A DNA stretch of 64,000 nt from Sphagnum compactum (lineage: Eukaryota). The DNA is taken from NCBI GenBank assembly GCA_965153455.1, contig OZ234493.1:4154001-4218000 (forward strand), in the 5' to 3' direction. Every line of letters starts with the position of its first letter. Position 1 is the stretch's first letter. Shown here in pieces: positions 37,714-51,473 of this stretch. Below the pieces are notes generated by a model. That model ran no database searches. It was not told the origin of the DNA and was given only the letters and a program-made list of their open reading frames with translations. Both the position numbers and the translations under genes were made by a program.

Positions 37714-40700
37714 GCTCTGTAGCCTCTCTCTAGCATAGCTGTAGTCTAGAATATTGTTCCTTCAACTGAATTGGTTGGCTGGCCACTATCTGAGAAAGTT
37801 TCATGTGCCTTGACAGAACATTGAATTGGTTTTTGGTTTTGGATTGCAAACTTGTAGTTGGCTAATGGCTTCACTTAATTGTGGTTGAGGGCATCAGGTG
37901 ACATTATAGAGGAAAATGGCAAAACTTAGTTATTTGTTAAGCTCTCAGAGATTAAAATTCAAAGAAATGTTGAGACACTGATCAAATTTTTTCAAAGTCA
38001 ACTTTAGCAAAGTTGTCATGCTCTGTTCTATGTGCTTTTTTGGACTCCTTCCCACACTACTCACTGATTGATAAACTCGGGTATTTTGTCTACATTCCAA
38101 ACACTGGGTTGCCATAGGAGTCTGATACTAGGACTCTTTGCTCTGCAGAGGTTGAGCACAAGACCTGTGCAGGTGTCTTCTCCATTGTGGGTTCTCTAGA
38201 TGTGATGCTATTCCATACACCAACCAAACGTGTGTGAATAGTTGGTGATGAATAGTTGGCAATGACTGTGTTCTTAACTGATAGGAACTCTAATACAACC
38301 TTTTCTATTTATCGTGCAGGTGGAGGAGCTGGGCAAGAGATGGCAATTTGACTCAACTCCTGACGTCATTGCCGACCCGATTTATCATTGAAGAAATTGT
38401 ATCAAAGAACATCAAACTCCACAAGCACCACACCCATGGCTCCGGTATCCGCCATGCACTTGTTTCATCAGCCTTCATAGTAAGTTATCCATCATATGCA
38501 CACATAGTAACTGTTAATGTCACTCACAGATTGGGTCAAGTTTTTGAGTCAAAATTTTTATCTTGAAATCCTACACCAATGTGTAGTGTCTTCTTCCCTT
38601 CCCTATGGGTAAAACGAATATAATACTTATAGATTTTAGAATAACTTTCTTGACAAAGAAAGAGATGTTAAAAATGCCAGTTTTTTCTTTTGCAAACTTC
38701 AGTTGAAATGTTGTCTTGTGGAAAATTTTAATGTTGTGTATAATGTTGAGGATATTAACACTTGTCATAAATGTCATACAACAGATTATGTGTGAAATGG
38801 CAAAGGGGCTTCACAGATTTGAGCCACAAATTTCATCCCCATTCGACTTGTTGCAGTTGATTTATGTAATTAATAGAGAACCTCTGGTCCAGTCTTGAGA
38901 TTAGTGCTTTGAATCTCTAAAACTTTCATTTTCGATCATTTTCACAAAGAAGTTAGAGCCAATCCAGTTTAAGACCACATCTTGAGATGGCTCTAATTCA
39001 ATTTTGAATTGAAACAATGTACCTGGTTAGGTTCCAATGACGATTCCAACCAAAAAATAGGAACTTGACCTATGACCTGGACCTAATATTAAGGGTTGTC
39101 ATTTGTATTTAGGTTGAACTTTGTTAACTATTGTTTTTTAGTCGAGGCCCATCTGCAATTTGTAGTTCTTATACTTTCACCTTAATAGGTGTTTCATCTA
39201 TAAGTATATGTCTAGATTTATTGTGATAGATTTATCTATAGATTTATAGTTATACCTTATCTTCCAACATTATTATAGTTTCATTCATAAATTTTGTAAT
39301 TGAATATTGGCCAAATGTCCTATGGTTGGACGTACATTAACTAACTTTATGGTTACATCTATACCAACAAATTATATAATTTTTGTAGTCGTATTTATTA
39401 TGTATAATGGAATTGTTTCCTCAGATAGACTATAAATTCTAATTGAAAAAAAATTCAAGCTTCATAACAAACATCATATAGATTCTTTTTCATTTGTAAT
39501 CTTGTTTTGGAAATCATATCACCATAACACTTCAAGTTGCTTTCCATTAGTACCTATATTTTTTGTACTAGTTATGGTTTTGATTGTGCCATTTCCCTAG
39601 ATAATAACCATGTTATTATCATAGTCATGGGTCACTTTTGCATCTTTTAACGAATGTCAACCTAATAACATAGAATAACTAGAGTTTATCACATTGTTCT
39701 ATAACAAAATGAACATAGTTATATAAAAAATTGTGTTAACATTTTCATCATTCTTTACACAAGTTTGCTTTTACTTTTCACTTATTTCTTAACTGATTTT
39801 TATTTTTTTTTCCAAAATTGAATATAAATTTGAGATCTGGATATGAAAACCAATTGTTAGCACATTTGTGAATACCACCTTGTAAGATAAGTGACTTGGT
39901 TAAATTATTTTTTTAAATTGAAACCCTAATCGGTTTTCATGAATATATTTTTAAAGAACCAAAAGTTTGTCATCTCATTTGTTGGGAAGAACCGGCAATT
40001 CTCATAAAAAAAGAAAGAATTGGCCAACATTGGCATTTTCTTCAAAACTAAAACTTTCAAAAAGGTTTTCTCTTCATTAAATTTGGTTGGTTTTGAATCA
40101 TAAATCCTCGTATTAGCATATGAAATTCATAAGGTATTGGTCAACGGTCAACAATACCTTACGACAATTGTAAGGTATTTTTTTTCAATTCTTTATTATG
40201 ATTTTTCTTTTCATATAAAAGAAAATATTTTTACAATTTCAAATTTATTTTAAAAAGGTCTTACACACTAAAATTCAAAAATAAAACAAGACAAGACAAA
40301 GACAAGTCAATACAAAACCAAAAACAATGACAAACTCAAATGATGACAATAATTCAATTATTAAAAAAAACTCAAAAAATATGACAATGAAAAATCAACA
40401 CAAGAAAAAAAATCACGGTAGTTCAATTTGTGAATATTGAAGTATGCAAATTGTAAATCACAAGTCCATCAAGCTAAAATTAAGTCTCAATTAATCAAAG
40501 CCTAAGTCCACCATAAAAAAAATGTTGAAGTTCATATGGAAAGAAGTAATGTCTTTACAATGCAATGTAGCAACCAATTGCCTCCACAAAATCCACAATT
40601 GTCGTCAACTTTGGTGTTGAAGCAACATTAAAAGTGAAATCCCATAGCAAGCATGAACAAAAACTAACTATGTTTCAACATAAGTACTGATAGATGCACA

Positions 40701-43700
40701 TTAATCAAGCTAGATTTTAGGTATCTTCCAATGTTGAAACACTCACATAAACACAAGCAGACTTGTATTTGCCAAAGGAGAAACACATTTTCTTGGGTCA
40801 ACCATGTAATTGATTGCAATTGGGTAGTTTTGCAACTTTCTAAACACATGACCAAAACTAATGTTCAAATTAACAACACCCAATGACACATGACTTAATA
40901 TAGACTCCACTTAATATAGACTCCAATCAATCCTTGTATTTAGGGAGTTCAGTTCCAAACAACTCATTAAAAACATTGTCATCCAACCCGACAAGGGATT
41001 TATTGGTAGCTCTCTTCGAAGTAGAACTTGAACCAACATCAAGAATAATAATAAAACCCTCAAGAGTAGGAAGACCACTACCAAGTGCTTGTTTTTTTGC
41101 ATTCAAGTTCCTATAATAAAAATCATCACAAAAAATGAGTGCACAGTGAATAGAAAATCAACTATCTAAACACACAAGTAATTAATTTAGTTTAACATTC
41201 TCAAATGTAATTCACTTTGACCTTTTCAAATCCAACTTTCTTGTCATTCAATGTTTCATCATAACATAGAAGGTGAATGTTTTTTATCTCACCACTTATA
41301 ATATGTTGTAAAATTCTGCCACATAAATGTTTATCAATCTAATTGTACTTACGCCAACCAAAAACTAGAACCAATGCAAAGCAAATAGAAACTTCAAAAA
41401 TTTAGAACAAACCAAAAATTGCAATAAAAAAAAATTCAAGCAAATACAAGATTGTAAAAAACAAACAAACTTGAAACAAAACAAAGAACATTTACTTCCA
41501 ATAAAAGATCAAGTTTCTATGGCTAGTCATTTCCATTCCATATTCTTTTGGTAAAAGCACCTCTTCCATGCATGTTATACTGACCCTTTTACTAGTCTTA
41601 TTAAACAAAACCTTGTTTTTTTAATTAGGAAAAGCTATTGTGAGCTTATCAACAATAAGCCATAATTGGTTTTGATCAACTAATGCAGTGGTAAGTTAAA
41701 CATCATCACCCAACCTCCACTTCAATTTAGCACACAAGAATTGAGGGTATTGCTCGAACTCACTAAAAGGCCAATCAATAAGATGACATTTTGCAATTTC
41801 CATGAAAATGACAATGACATTAGGTATAGGGCAATCAACTACAAGTTGATGCATATTAAATGAATGTTTTGTGATCCATCAATTTTTTTGACACGCCTTG
41901 ACAAAATTTTAATACCACACCATTAGCCAATTGCAAAATACAAAACTTATAAAAATCCACATTCCTAAGTTCTTGACAACCATGGATGAAAAAATTATGC
42001 ATATAAAATAACCAAAGCAAATATTTAGTTCTATAAATGTTGTTGGTTGACACATCTCTTGTGCCAACATCTTTTTCTTTTCATTAATAAATAAGACATC
42101 AAACTTTTTGATGTTTTACTAAGGCCTACACCAAAAGCACATAAAGTTGTTTCATCACTAGCTAATTTAACACATTGAAACCTAACATCTATAAAAATAT
42201 TGAAAGGCACTACAAGTGTTTTCCCAATTTCAACAATGCGTTTTTTTGTCTTTACTTATCAACTATCTAATTGTTCTAACTAATGATTGTATGCTGCATC
42301 ACAAATGAAAAAAATTAAAACATAACTAATGCATCAACTACCTAAATCAAAAACCCTAATCAACAATTGTAAATTTCTCTAAGCAAGGACACATAATACA
42401 AAAACAACATACATACACAAAATTAGAGCAAGAGATACTTGAATGTAATAAACAAAGTCAATAAATGACAAATCCTACTTGATGTCAAAGCTTTAAACTA
42501 TTACCATTTTAGAAAAACATTCGAAAAATAATGAATCAACCACATCAAGAAAAACAAAAAAAAAACATCACAAGCACATTTGAAATTTCATTTACAAGTA
42601 AAAAAGAAATAACATAACCTAGAAAGTAAGATAACATAAACAAACATTACAAAAATATAAACCTAGAAAAAAACCAAAATTATAAAATTGCATTCAAAGA
42701 TTCATACCTTGTTGGTCGGTATAAGTTGTCCTTTTTTTGCAACTTAAGGAATGAACATGGACAACATGTCCACCAATTCCATAATAATGTTTTCATCTTT
42801 TGCCAAATTTATAATGGATTTCTTGGTGTCAAAACCTCAAAATTCTCACCACTAATAAAATGCATTTATGGCCCACATTTTAGCATGTCTACTTGTTCTT
42901 TGATCACCCTTATTGACATTCTACAACTCCTTTTCATAATATCCAAAAATCGATGTTTTCGGCATTAGAACAAAACAATATTATGAAAACAAAGTGTATC
43001 ACTGCTAGCATCAACAACTTTACTTTCAAGCTCAATAGGAACTTCATCAAAATTTGTTGAAATTACAAGGTATGAATGAGCTACCAAAAAAATCACCTAA
43101 AACTTCAAAATCCTAAATAAACAAGGGAGCACAAAAGGTTCTAGAAACTTGTGAAAAGACTAAAATCAATTTCAACAACACATGAATCAAAAGATTGTAG
43201 ATCATCAACAACAAACAAATTCCAAAATCATCAGTAACCCACATAACACCATCATCGTCAATGACGTTCTAATCAAAAGTTACACGGGTTGATGCACAAA
43301 ACTACAAATCAATAGACTAAGAAAAGTGAACAATTGATTTATTGCTACTACTTATAGCTAAGTTTGATAATCCATGCAAGGACTTCATCAAACATTCAAT
43401 GGTATGATCAACATCAATGCAAGGCTTCTTTGACATAGGTTTGTCGATGGAAGACATTGCATAAAATAGAATGAAAGCACAAAATACACATTTTAAAAAA
43501 AAAACAAGAGACTATTATGTAAAACCTTAATGCAAAGGCATGAAGGTTATTGTAGGAGCATTGAAAGTGCATCAAAATTGGCATATAATAAGATATTAAA
43601 AAAATGGATGAACATAATAATGCACAACCAAAAAGAACAAAAATGAATAGCACATATGCACAAAACAAACAAGAGCACAATGTTATTATAAAGAAAAAGA

Positions 43701-44121
43701 AAAAGAACACCCAAAACGAAAAATATATTGTAGCAACACAAAAAAAGAAAAAGAAAAAAAGAATACTTTGTTGAAAAAGCAAAAAATGTTTAATGATGTA
43801 AATTTTTTTTCGAATTTTAACACATTGAAACACAAGTGTTGCTAGCACCAAAGAAAAAGAAAATACATGATGATTTGCTACATAACATATTTGCTCGTGG
43901 CAGAAAGACAAGATATTTCAATCACCATGAAAGAAGCAATAAAATTAGAATGACAAACAATTATATTGACAAGTTATTAAATAAAACTTATAAAAAAACT
44001 TATAAAAAACTATACTTAAAATAATAAACTTATAAAAGTCAATATAACTTGTCATTATAGTTTTTTATAAGTTTATTTTTGGATTGTGCCAACAACACAA
44101 ACACAATGTGAAAACAAAATT

Positions 44122-44470
44122 AAACAAGGGGGTGTGTCACACTCTTTTATTGCCATTTACATTAAAATTAAAAAAAAGTATCTTAAGGCGAAAGAAGAAT
44201 AATGGGAAATTCAAATATTTTTTCACCATGCAAAAAAATATAATCTTCCAAAAAAAAAAATCCTCTAAAAGAAACCAAAATCCTTCAAAATATATTATAA
44301 CTTTATATAACTAATCTCAAGTTTCAACACAAGCCAAAAATATCATGTTTCAAAAAAATCCTCATATAATAAAAATAGACCTATTATTATTATTTACCTA
44401 GGGGCCTATACAAATCCCTTAAGCTACTATTATACTCTATAAATGAATCTAAACACACAATAAAATATCC
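44122..44470. repeat. Dispersed repeat, with further copies at ~45931-46245 and ~60900-61064
   Basis: Near-identical blocks such as aactaatct..agtttcaacacaagccaaaa..atcatgtttcaaaaa..atcctcatataataaaaatagacctattattat...ggggcctata.aaatcccttaagctacta occur at all three sites. Confidence 0.85.
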
Positions 44471-44671
44471 TTGCCTTTTTGGTAATTAGGCAAGGCCAAC
44501 AAACAAATGGTAAGGTGTGAAAACCATGAAAAAAAGCCAAGCAAGGTGTGAAACCTGCACAAAGATGTCACACTTGGCATTCATCCACAGGCTGATTGAT
44601 AGGTCACTACTAGGACAAAACAGTAGCCCTGCCACCTCACCTCTGGACTGCCCTAAGATTATGACCAACTA

Positions 44672-44750
44672 GACACGTGGAGGAATTATGACACGTGGCA
44701 CCTCTAGATCACAAACAATTGTGACCCACCCACAAAAAAATCTACGTGGC
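44672..44750 (+). promoter_or_regulatory. Cluster of three G-box/ABRE motifs
   Basis: GACACGTGG (44672), ACACGTGGC (44691) and TACGTGGC (44743) lie within 80 bp. Function is untested. Confidence 0.4.
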
Positions 44751-46186
44751 AATCACCTGGTTGATTGGGAAGTGGACGGTGGAGTTCGTGAGGGGAATTT
44801 ATTAGGCTTGTCTTTCTAGATTTGGGTTTAAAAATAAATAATTTTTTAAATAAATAAATAAATAAAATTAATTAATTTAAAAGAATAATAATAGGGTGTT
44901 TTTCTTGTGGAGTACCATGTAAGGTAAGATTAGATTTGGGGGAATAATAAACCTATGGGGAAAATAAAATTATAAAATAATAAATAAATAAATAAAATAT
45001 ATATAGATATATAGTTGTACACCTCCAAAGTCTAGGGTTGAATTGAGAAAATTGAAAAGGTTTTAAAATTGATGGTCATTAATAATAAATAGGGTAATAA
45101 AAAAAATTGAACCAATGTTTTGGGTAAGTGTCCTAGACTAATTAATTAATGCTTTTGGGTTGTCAATAGGTGGGTGGTTATATCCATTTAGCTAGGGTTA
45201 ATACTTAATTAATAGCTTAATTAAGTATTAACCCTAGCTTAATTAAGTATAGTTTGATAATTGGGTTATTTATTAAAAACCTTTGATTTATGAGAATACC
45301 TTCCTTTTATAAAACATGAAATATTCGGTTTGATCAAAAAAAAAAATCCAATTCTCTTGTGGAAGGCCATTTTCCGTGTAACCATATGTATACATTTTCT
45401 TCAGAATTTATGGATGATTTACGTATGCTTACCATGGATGATATGTATTATTTTACACCTTATTTTGGATGTTTGCATAATACACATCCTTTGGCATGCA
45501 TAACACATCCTATTTGGCGTGTGACAATATTTCTTGAGTCCTATTTGGGACATGTCTCTCATTTTTATCAATTTATTTAAAATAATTGCCTCAGGTCCCC
45601 CTTTTTGGCAAATCTTGCCCCGTTTTTTTGCCCCCTTTGGCGAATTCACATCTTCCTAAACACAAGTGACTAAATCCCAATATGACTTTCCGCAAGTGAA
45701 ATGGCAATAAAATCACTTATTAGAGAGGGAATAAAAAAAAACCCATTGTCCAAATGAAGAAGCATCTAATTTCAACTTCTAAAAAATCCAATATATGTGA
45801 AGACTAACTTCAATCCAAAAAAAAAAAAAATCTTTAATTTAAAAAAATCCCAATTAGCTAGGGTGAATTTTTTTTAAAATTAAAATAAAATCACCCATAT
45901 GTGAAAACCAACTTTGATACACTACAAATAACACAAGGGGTGTGTCACATTGTGGCCTTGCCATTTACATTAAAAAGTATCTTAAGGCAAAAAAAGAATT
46001 ATAGAAACTCAAATATTTCACCATGCAAAAAATATAATCTTAAAAAAAAAACCCTAAAACCCTAAAACCCTAAATCCTTCAAATTATTATATAACTCTTG
46101 TAACTAATCTGGAGTTTCAACACAAGCCAAAATATCATGTTTCAAAAATCCTCATATAATAAAAATAGACCTATTATTATTACTTA

Positions 46187-46636
46187 GGGGCCTATAAAAA
46201 TCCCTTAAGCTACTATAATACTCTATAAATGAATCTAAACACAATGGGCCTATAAAAATCCCTTAAGCTACAATACTCTAGAAATGAATCTAAAACACAA
46301 TGGGCCTATTAAAATCCCTTAAGCTACTATACTCTAGAAATGAATCTAAAACACAATGGGCCTATTAAAATCCCTTAAGCTACTATACTCTAGAAATGAA
46401 TCTAAACACAAGGGGCCTATAAAAATCCCTTAAGCTACTATACTCTAGAAATGAATCTAAAACACAATGGGCCTGTAAAAATCCCTTAAGCTACTATACT
46501 CTATAAATGAATCTAAACACAATGGGCCTATAAAAATCCCTTAAGCTACTTTACTCTAGAAATGAATCTAAACACAAAGGGCCTATAAAAATCCCTTAAG
46601 CTACTATAATACTCTATAAATGAATCTAAACACAAT
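46187..46636. repeat. ~56-bp minisatellite, 8 copies
   Basis: Unit gggcctataaaaatcccttaagctactatactcta(g/t)aaatgaatctaaa(a)cacaat is repeated head-to-tail with no spacers. Confidence 0.95.
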
Positions 46637-47136
46637 ATATCCTTCCAAAAAAAAACACTCCATAATACCTCATCTCAAGTTTCAACACAAGCCCAAAAAT
46701 ATCATCTTTCAAAAATCCTTTACACCAAGCCTATGTCTCTTCCTTGTGGGCAAAGCCCAATAAACACTACTTACTTGCTTTCCAAGCAAGGAGAGCAAAC
46801 CCCCAATAAGATGCCCAAAGATAACATTAATTAAGATAATTATAGAGACTAGAAGAACCAAAGACAAAAAACATTGGGTCCTAATTTTAGGAAAAATTTA
46901 AAATTGACTAAGTCTCCTAATTAATTGCTTTTTCCAAAAAAAAAATTTAGGAAAAATAATAATTTGGGATCCTTTTGGAATATACTAATTACAGTTTCAA
47001 AACGAATGTTTTTAAAAATAAAATAAAATTATTGCATTAGTTTTAGGTCAATATTTAATAGAACAAATTCGCCAAAATGGCTAGTCATCATGGTGTTATT
47101 TTCACTAAATATTTCACTAATGGCTATTAATTAAGG

Positions 47137-47335
47137 ATTCACTAAAACTACTCCACCAGGTAATAAGGCTATTTCAGTATTCACTAAGAAACTACTTCAC
47201 CAGGGTATTAAGGCTATTCTTTGAATTCACTAAAACTACTTCACTAGGGTATTAAGGCTATTCAGTAAATTCACTACAACTACTTCACTCGGGTATTAAG
47301 GCTATTCAGCATTCACTAACTATTTCACTAACGGC
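47137..47335. repeat. ~44-bp tandem repeat, about 4.5 copies, upstream of the cystatin gene
   Basis: Unit approximately attcactaaaactacttcaccagggtattaaggctattcagt. Confidence 0.85.
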
Positions 47336-47718
47336 TGTTTAGAACTCACTAACTAATCACTAACCGTTCACCGTTGAGCAGCTTTTAAGCTTCTCTCTTG
47401 TCGCTAACAGTTTCAGAGCGTCTTCTTCGCAATTCTTCTTCGTTTTGTGTGTGCGGCGATGGTTTGTGAAGCTTGATTTGGTGTAAGAAAATAAGAAGAG
47501 TTGGAAGAGAAACCGCGCGCGCGCGCGCGCTGTTGTTGTTGTTGTTGTTTTTCGATTTGTGGATTTGCGGAGCTTGATTTGGTGGAGAAACGCAAAAGAT
47601 CAAAGAGTTTAGAAGAGAAACTCGGTGTGTGTGTGTGTGTGTGTGTGTGGTTGTGTGTGTTGCTTGTTTTGATTTTGGTTTTTATTTTCTGCGGGAGTCG
47701 TAAGAAGACATAGGCACC

Positions 47719-48281
47719 ATGTTGGGAAAGCCGAAACCCGTGGAGAATATCTCCAATGACTTGGAAGTGGACGAGCTCGCCAATTTCGCTGTTACCCAGC
47801 ATAACAGCCAAACGGTTAGTCATTTTGTGTCTTTGAGAAATTAGTGTTTCTCATGCATCTCGGAGGAGATGTTTAGTAGCAAGGGTTCTTGACTCGGGAG
47901 AGAGTTAGGGTTTGCTGATTCAACTAATACTTATCTTTGTGAGAAAAACTCTACTTGAAAAAAAACGTCTGGCCAGTTTCTGTGTACTAGTAGTAAGAAC
48001 ATTTTCTGAGTACAAGACTGAGATGGTTTTTTTTTCCCCTTTTTTTTTGGTTTGGTGTGATGGATTTTTGGTTGGGTTTTGTTTTACAGAATAGCCTGCA
48101 GAAATTGACGTTCTCGAAGGTGGTATCAGCAAAGAAACAGGTGGTGCAGGGAACTATGTATCACTTCACCATAGAGGTGCAGGAGGCCGGGCAGCCGAAG
48201 CTGTATGATGCTAAGGTGTGGCTGAAACCATGGGAGAACTTCAAGAAGCTGGAAGAGTTCAAGCCCTCTGCTACAGCATAA
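47719..48281 (+). CDS. Phytocystatin (cysteine protease inhibitor), single domain, no signal peptide
   Basis: Exons 47719-47814 and 48090-48281 with a GT-AG intron. It has an N-terminal G, LANFAV (LARFAV motif), QVVQG (QxVxG) and KPW. An in-frame TAA at 47701 upstream of the ATG argues against an unspliced N-terminal extension. Confidence 0.95.
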
Positions 48282-48449
48282 TAGGGTACCTAGGTTGTTC
48301 ACTAGGTACCTACCTTCCTACCTACCTGCTGATCTGCTCTGGGGTGCAAAGATATGATAATTTGATTTTTACAATTTATTTTTTTGGTTTGTTTGTTTGA
48401 TTCACTGTGGCTACCAAAAGTTGATTGATATTGTTTTTCACTCTTATTC

Positions 48450-48840
48450 ACTATGTCTAGTGTTTTTCCTTGGACCCGAAGTTTTGCATCCTGTGACAAT
48501 AGAAAAGGTGGAGGTGTGAACAATACAAAGGACTTTTTCTTTTTTCTTCCCCCCTCTTATTCATTATGTCATGTGTGTGTGTGTGTGTGTGTTTGGGGTG
48601 AATTTTTGCAGCTTGTGACAAAAATAAGTGGATGTGTGAATGATAAAAAGGACTTTTTTTTCTTTGTTTTTCCATGCTATTAACTATGTCTAGTGTGTTG
48701 TTCTTTCGGGGGGATGTGAATTTTCGCATCCTGTGACAATTAAAAGTGGAGGTGTGAGCAATACAAATGTCTAGTGTGTTTGTTTTAATTTTGGGTTGAA
48801 TTTTCACATCCCATGACAAAAAGAAATGGAGGTGCTAAGG
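48450..48840. repeat. Degenerate tandem repeats downstream of the cystatin gene
   Basis: atgtctagtgt recurs three times, and (catcc)tgtgacaa..aaa.gtgga(g/t)gtgtga recurs about four times. Confidence 0.6.
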
Positions 48841-51473
48841 GTACATAGGACTTCTCTTTTGGTAAAAATATGCTCAAGTTGCCACATTATGAGGAAACAA
48901 ATTCCGAAGTCACCATGTTTAGACTATATGTTGTAACATGCCTCCAAAGTATAGGAGGAATTATATATTTTTCTACAATCCTCTCCAACAGACTGACCTG
49001 TAGCGAAATTTGGCTAGTCCTGCTTTTATGGGATGTTTTCATATGCGACTGAAAATTTGATATCATGTTCAAAACTTGGTGGTGTTGCCTTGTATGAAAA
49101 TTTGGTATAAGTGACCAAGAAAAGAGGGTTTAATTGGTGACTGAAAACTTGATACAAGTGACCAAAAGCATTTTACAAGCTTCCCTTTGATGAATCCTGG
49201 TTGTCAAATTTTGGCACTTGATTAGTTGAACAGCAGCAGCCCAATGTTTGCCATTGTAGTCTTTTTTTGCTGGCCAAACTGCATTTGAATAATTTCTGCA
49301 TTCTTGAGTAGAGCATCTGGAGTCTGAATTGGAGTAGAATTTGGAGAAACTGAATTTGGAGTATTTTAGATCTCCAAATTTTGAGATTGGGTGTGCATTT
49401 TAGTCGACTTGGTGTTGTTGCCCAAAGTTCTCATGGGTCCTTCAATTTGTTGTTGTGTAGATTTTTCTCTGCAGTTTCATAGATATGTTGCCAGTTTGTA
49501 TGCTTATCTGAAGCAGGCCTTTCTAAGAAAAAGCTTTCTTGACTAGCCAGGAGCATTGAATTTGTGAAAGGCAACAAGTGTGAATGGCTTTTATCTTGTG
49601 GGGAAGAATGAGCTAATTTTGTGTATTTCATAATAATTCTGTCCAGGTTAATGATCAGGTAACAGGTTTTGAATTGGGATGGAGAATAAAAGCCTGGTCT
49701 CAAGGAGGAGCATTTGAAGTGAGAAGTGCAGCGAATGGTGGATGGAGTATGTATGGTCTGTGAGGGATGTATCTGCTCAATATTTTGTGATTTCTGTAGT
49801 AGTAGTTGTTCCATCATCACAGAATTGGATATGATTTGAAAGCATGAGTTTGGGATTCATGGATTCTTGGCACTTCTGTTTTCAGGCGATGGGTATTTTT
49901 ATAATGTAATCCAGACTATTGTGAACAAGTTTGAGTGGGAGAGTTGCAAGATTGTCTGAAATTTATTTTATTTTATTTTGAGAACAGGAGTGCTGCACTC
50001 TGAAATTTTGAATTGCCTCTTCCCTTTGGCCTAGCTATGGAAGTTATGAGAGTTCAACTCTAGGCAAAGGTCATGTGAGAATTCAAATCTAGAAAAAGAT
50101 GGTGGGGAGTTGGGGGATATGTGGTATTGTTGGAACCTTGGGAACATGCTGGGAACACATTGAGAACATAATGGGAACATCTAAACTTAAAAGGTGGAAA
50201 CCTCCTCACTAATCTTGCCCAGCCAATGAGGCAATGAAACATGGACTCAAGAGGCCCAAGGTTTTTGTCGGTTTTTTTCTCTCAGGAAGGGCGAGGATAT
50301 TTGGATTATTTAGTTTTCTATTGTTCCCCATCCCTCCCCTAAAATGTTCTGAAAAGCATCGCACTCTTATCCCATATGCTTTGCCCAAAGTTTTCCCCTT
50401 TTCACACATAAGACATGGAATAAGGGCAGAGGGATTCCCTCTTCCAATGTGGGGGAGGGAAGCTTCGAAGTTTTGGTTTGTTTTCATGTTGATGGGTCAA
50501 TAAAAATGGCTCATTGCAAAAACAAATAGTTTTGGAAGTGCAAAGTCAAAAGCCAGAAAAGAAGAGTTAAGATGAGGAAGATTCTTTACTACCAAATACT
50601 CCTCACCCAACACTGGCCAAAACCAAATCTGAGGTTCTATCAAACTGAAAAGAGTTCCTTTGGACTGGAACCGGAGTTGAGTCTCTCAGATTTTAAATAG
50701 CAGTTGGAACAAGGACAGGAGATTTCTTCTTGTGAAAAGCCTAACTTAGAGAGATCCAGACGAGGACACTGGCTTACACTTGGTACATGATCATGATGAA
50801 ACTCGTGCTTTCACCTGGTCCCTCTTCCACTTGAGTCCAAAATCCTCTTTCTGGTCCCACACTTCACTGAGCATGCTAGCTAGCTCCATTTGCAAAAAAG
50901 GGGGACAAATTGATGACTTTGATTCTGATTGGTACACTTGCATGTCTTGAAGAATTTGGCTGCAAACATCAAGTGTGGTAGCTAACTCAAATGTTGTTGG
51001 ATTCAGGGATTTTAAAAATATTTTTGGGTAGTTTTTTTGGGATGGAGATCCAATCATGTGATGCTAGTCATGCTACAATTTGAATGCCCCAATTTTTCAA
51101 AGTCATCCAATTCTGGTTCCGAGTTCAGAACATATTCAGACCAACATATGTCCTGGAATATTGAGCCAGTCTGACCAATTTTCACCACTTTTGTGGCTGA
51201 ATTGTCAGAAAGGATTCTGGCATTGGCATTCATTAACTTTCAATTCCAGTGTTTGATGTTGAACTTTACGTAACGGAATGCACCTCCACATGCCAACCGG
51301 CAGAAGCGATAACAGATCTGAAACCGCCGCACAAACATAAAGATCTCTGCTCTGCTCTGTTGATGATGAAACCAGGGGAGTGAAAATCCAGCTCCGTAGA
51401 TCAGCAAAAATGTGAGGACTCTTGAGGTAAACTGGCCCATTACCAAAAACACTAGCCTATCATCAAACACTTT

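Noticed and set aside
40500-43950. AT-rich region with hydrophobic ORFs (e.g. 43414-43911)
   Set aside because: The ORFs are compositional artefacts. The region is probably a decayed transposon, but I could not support a family call.
46187-46636. CRISPR-like appearance of regular repeats (also 47137-47335 and 60422-60890)
   Set aside because: The units are head-to-tail without unique spacers, there are no cas genes, and the context is eukaryotic.
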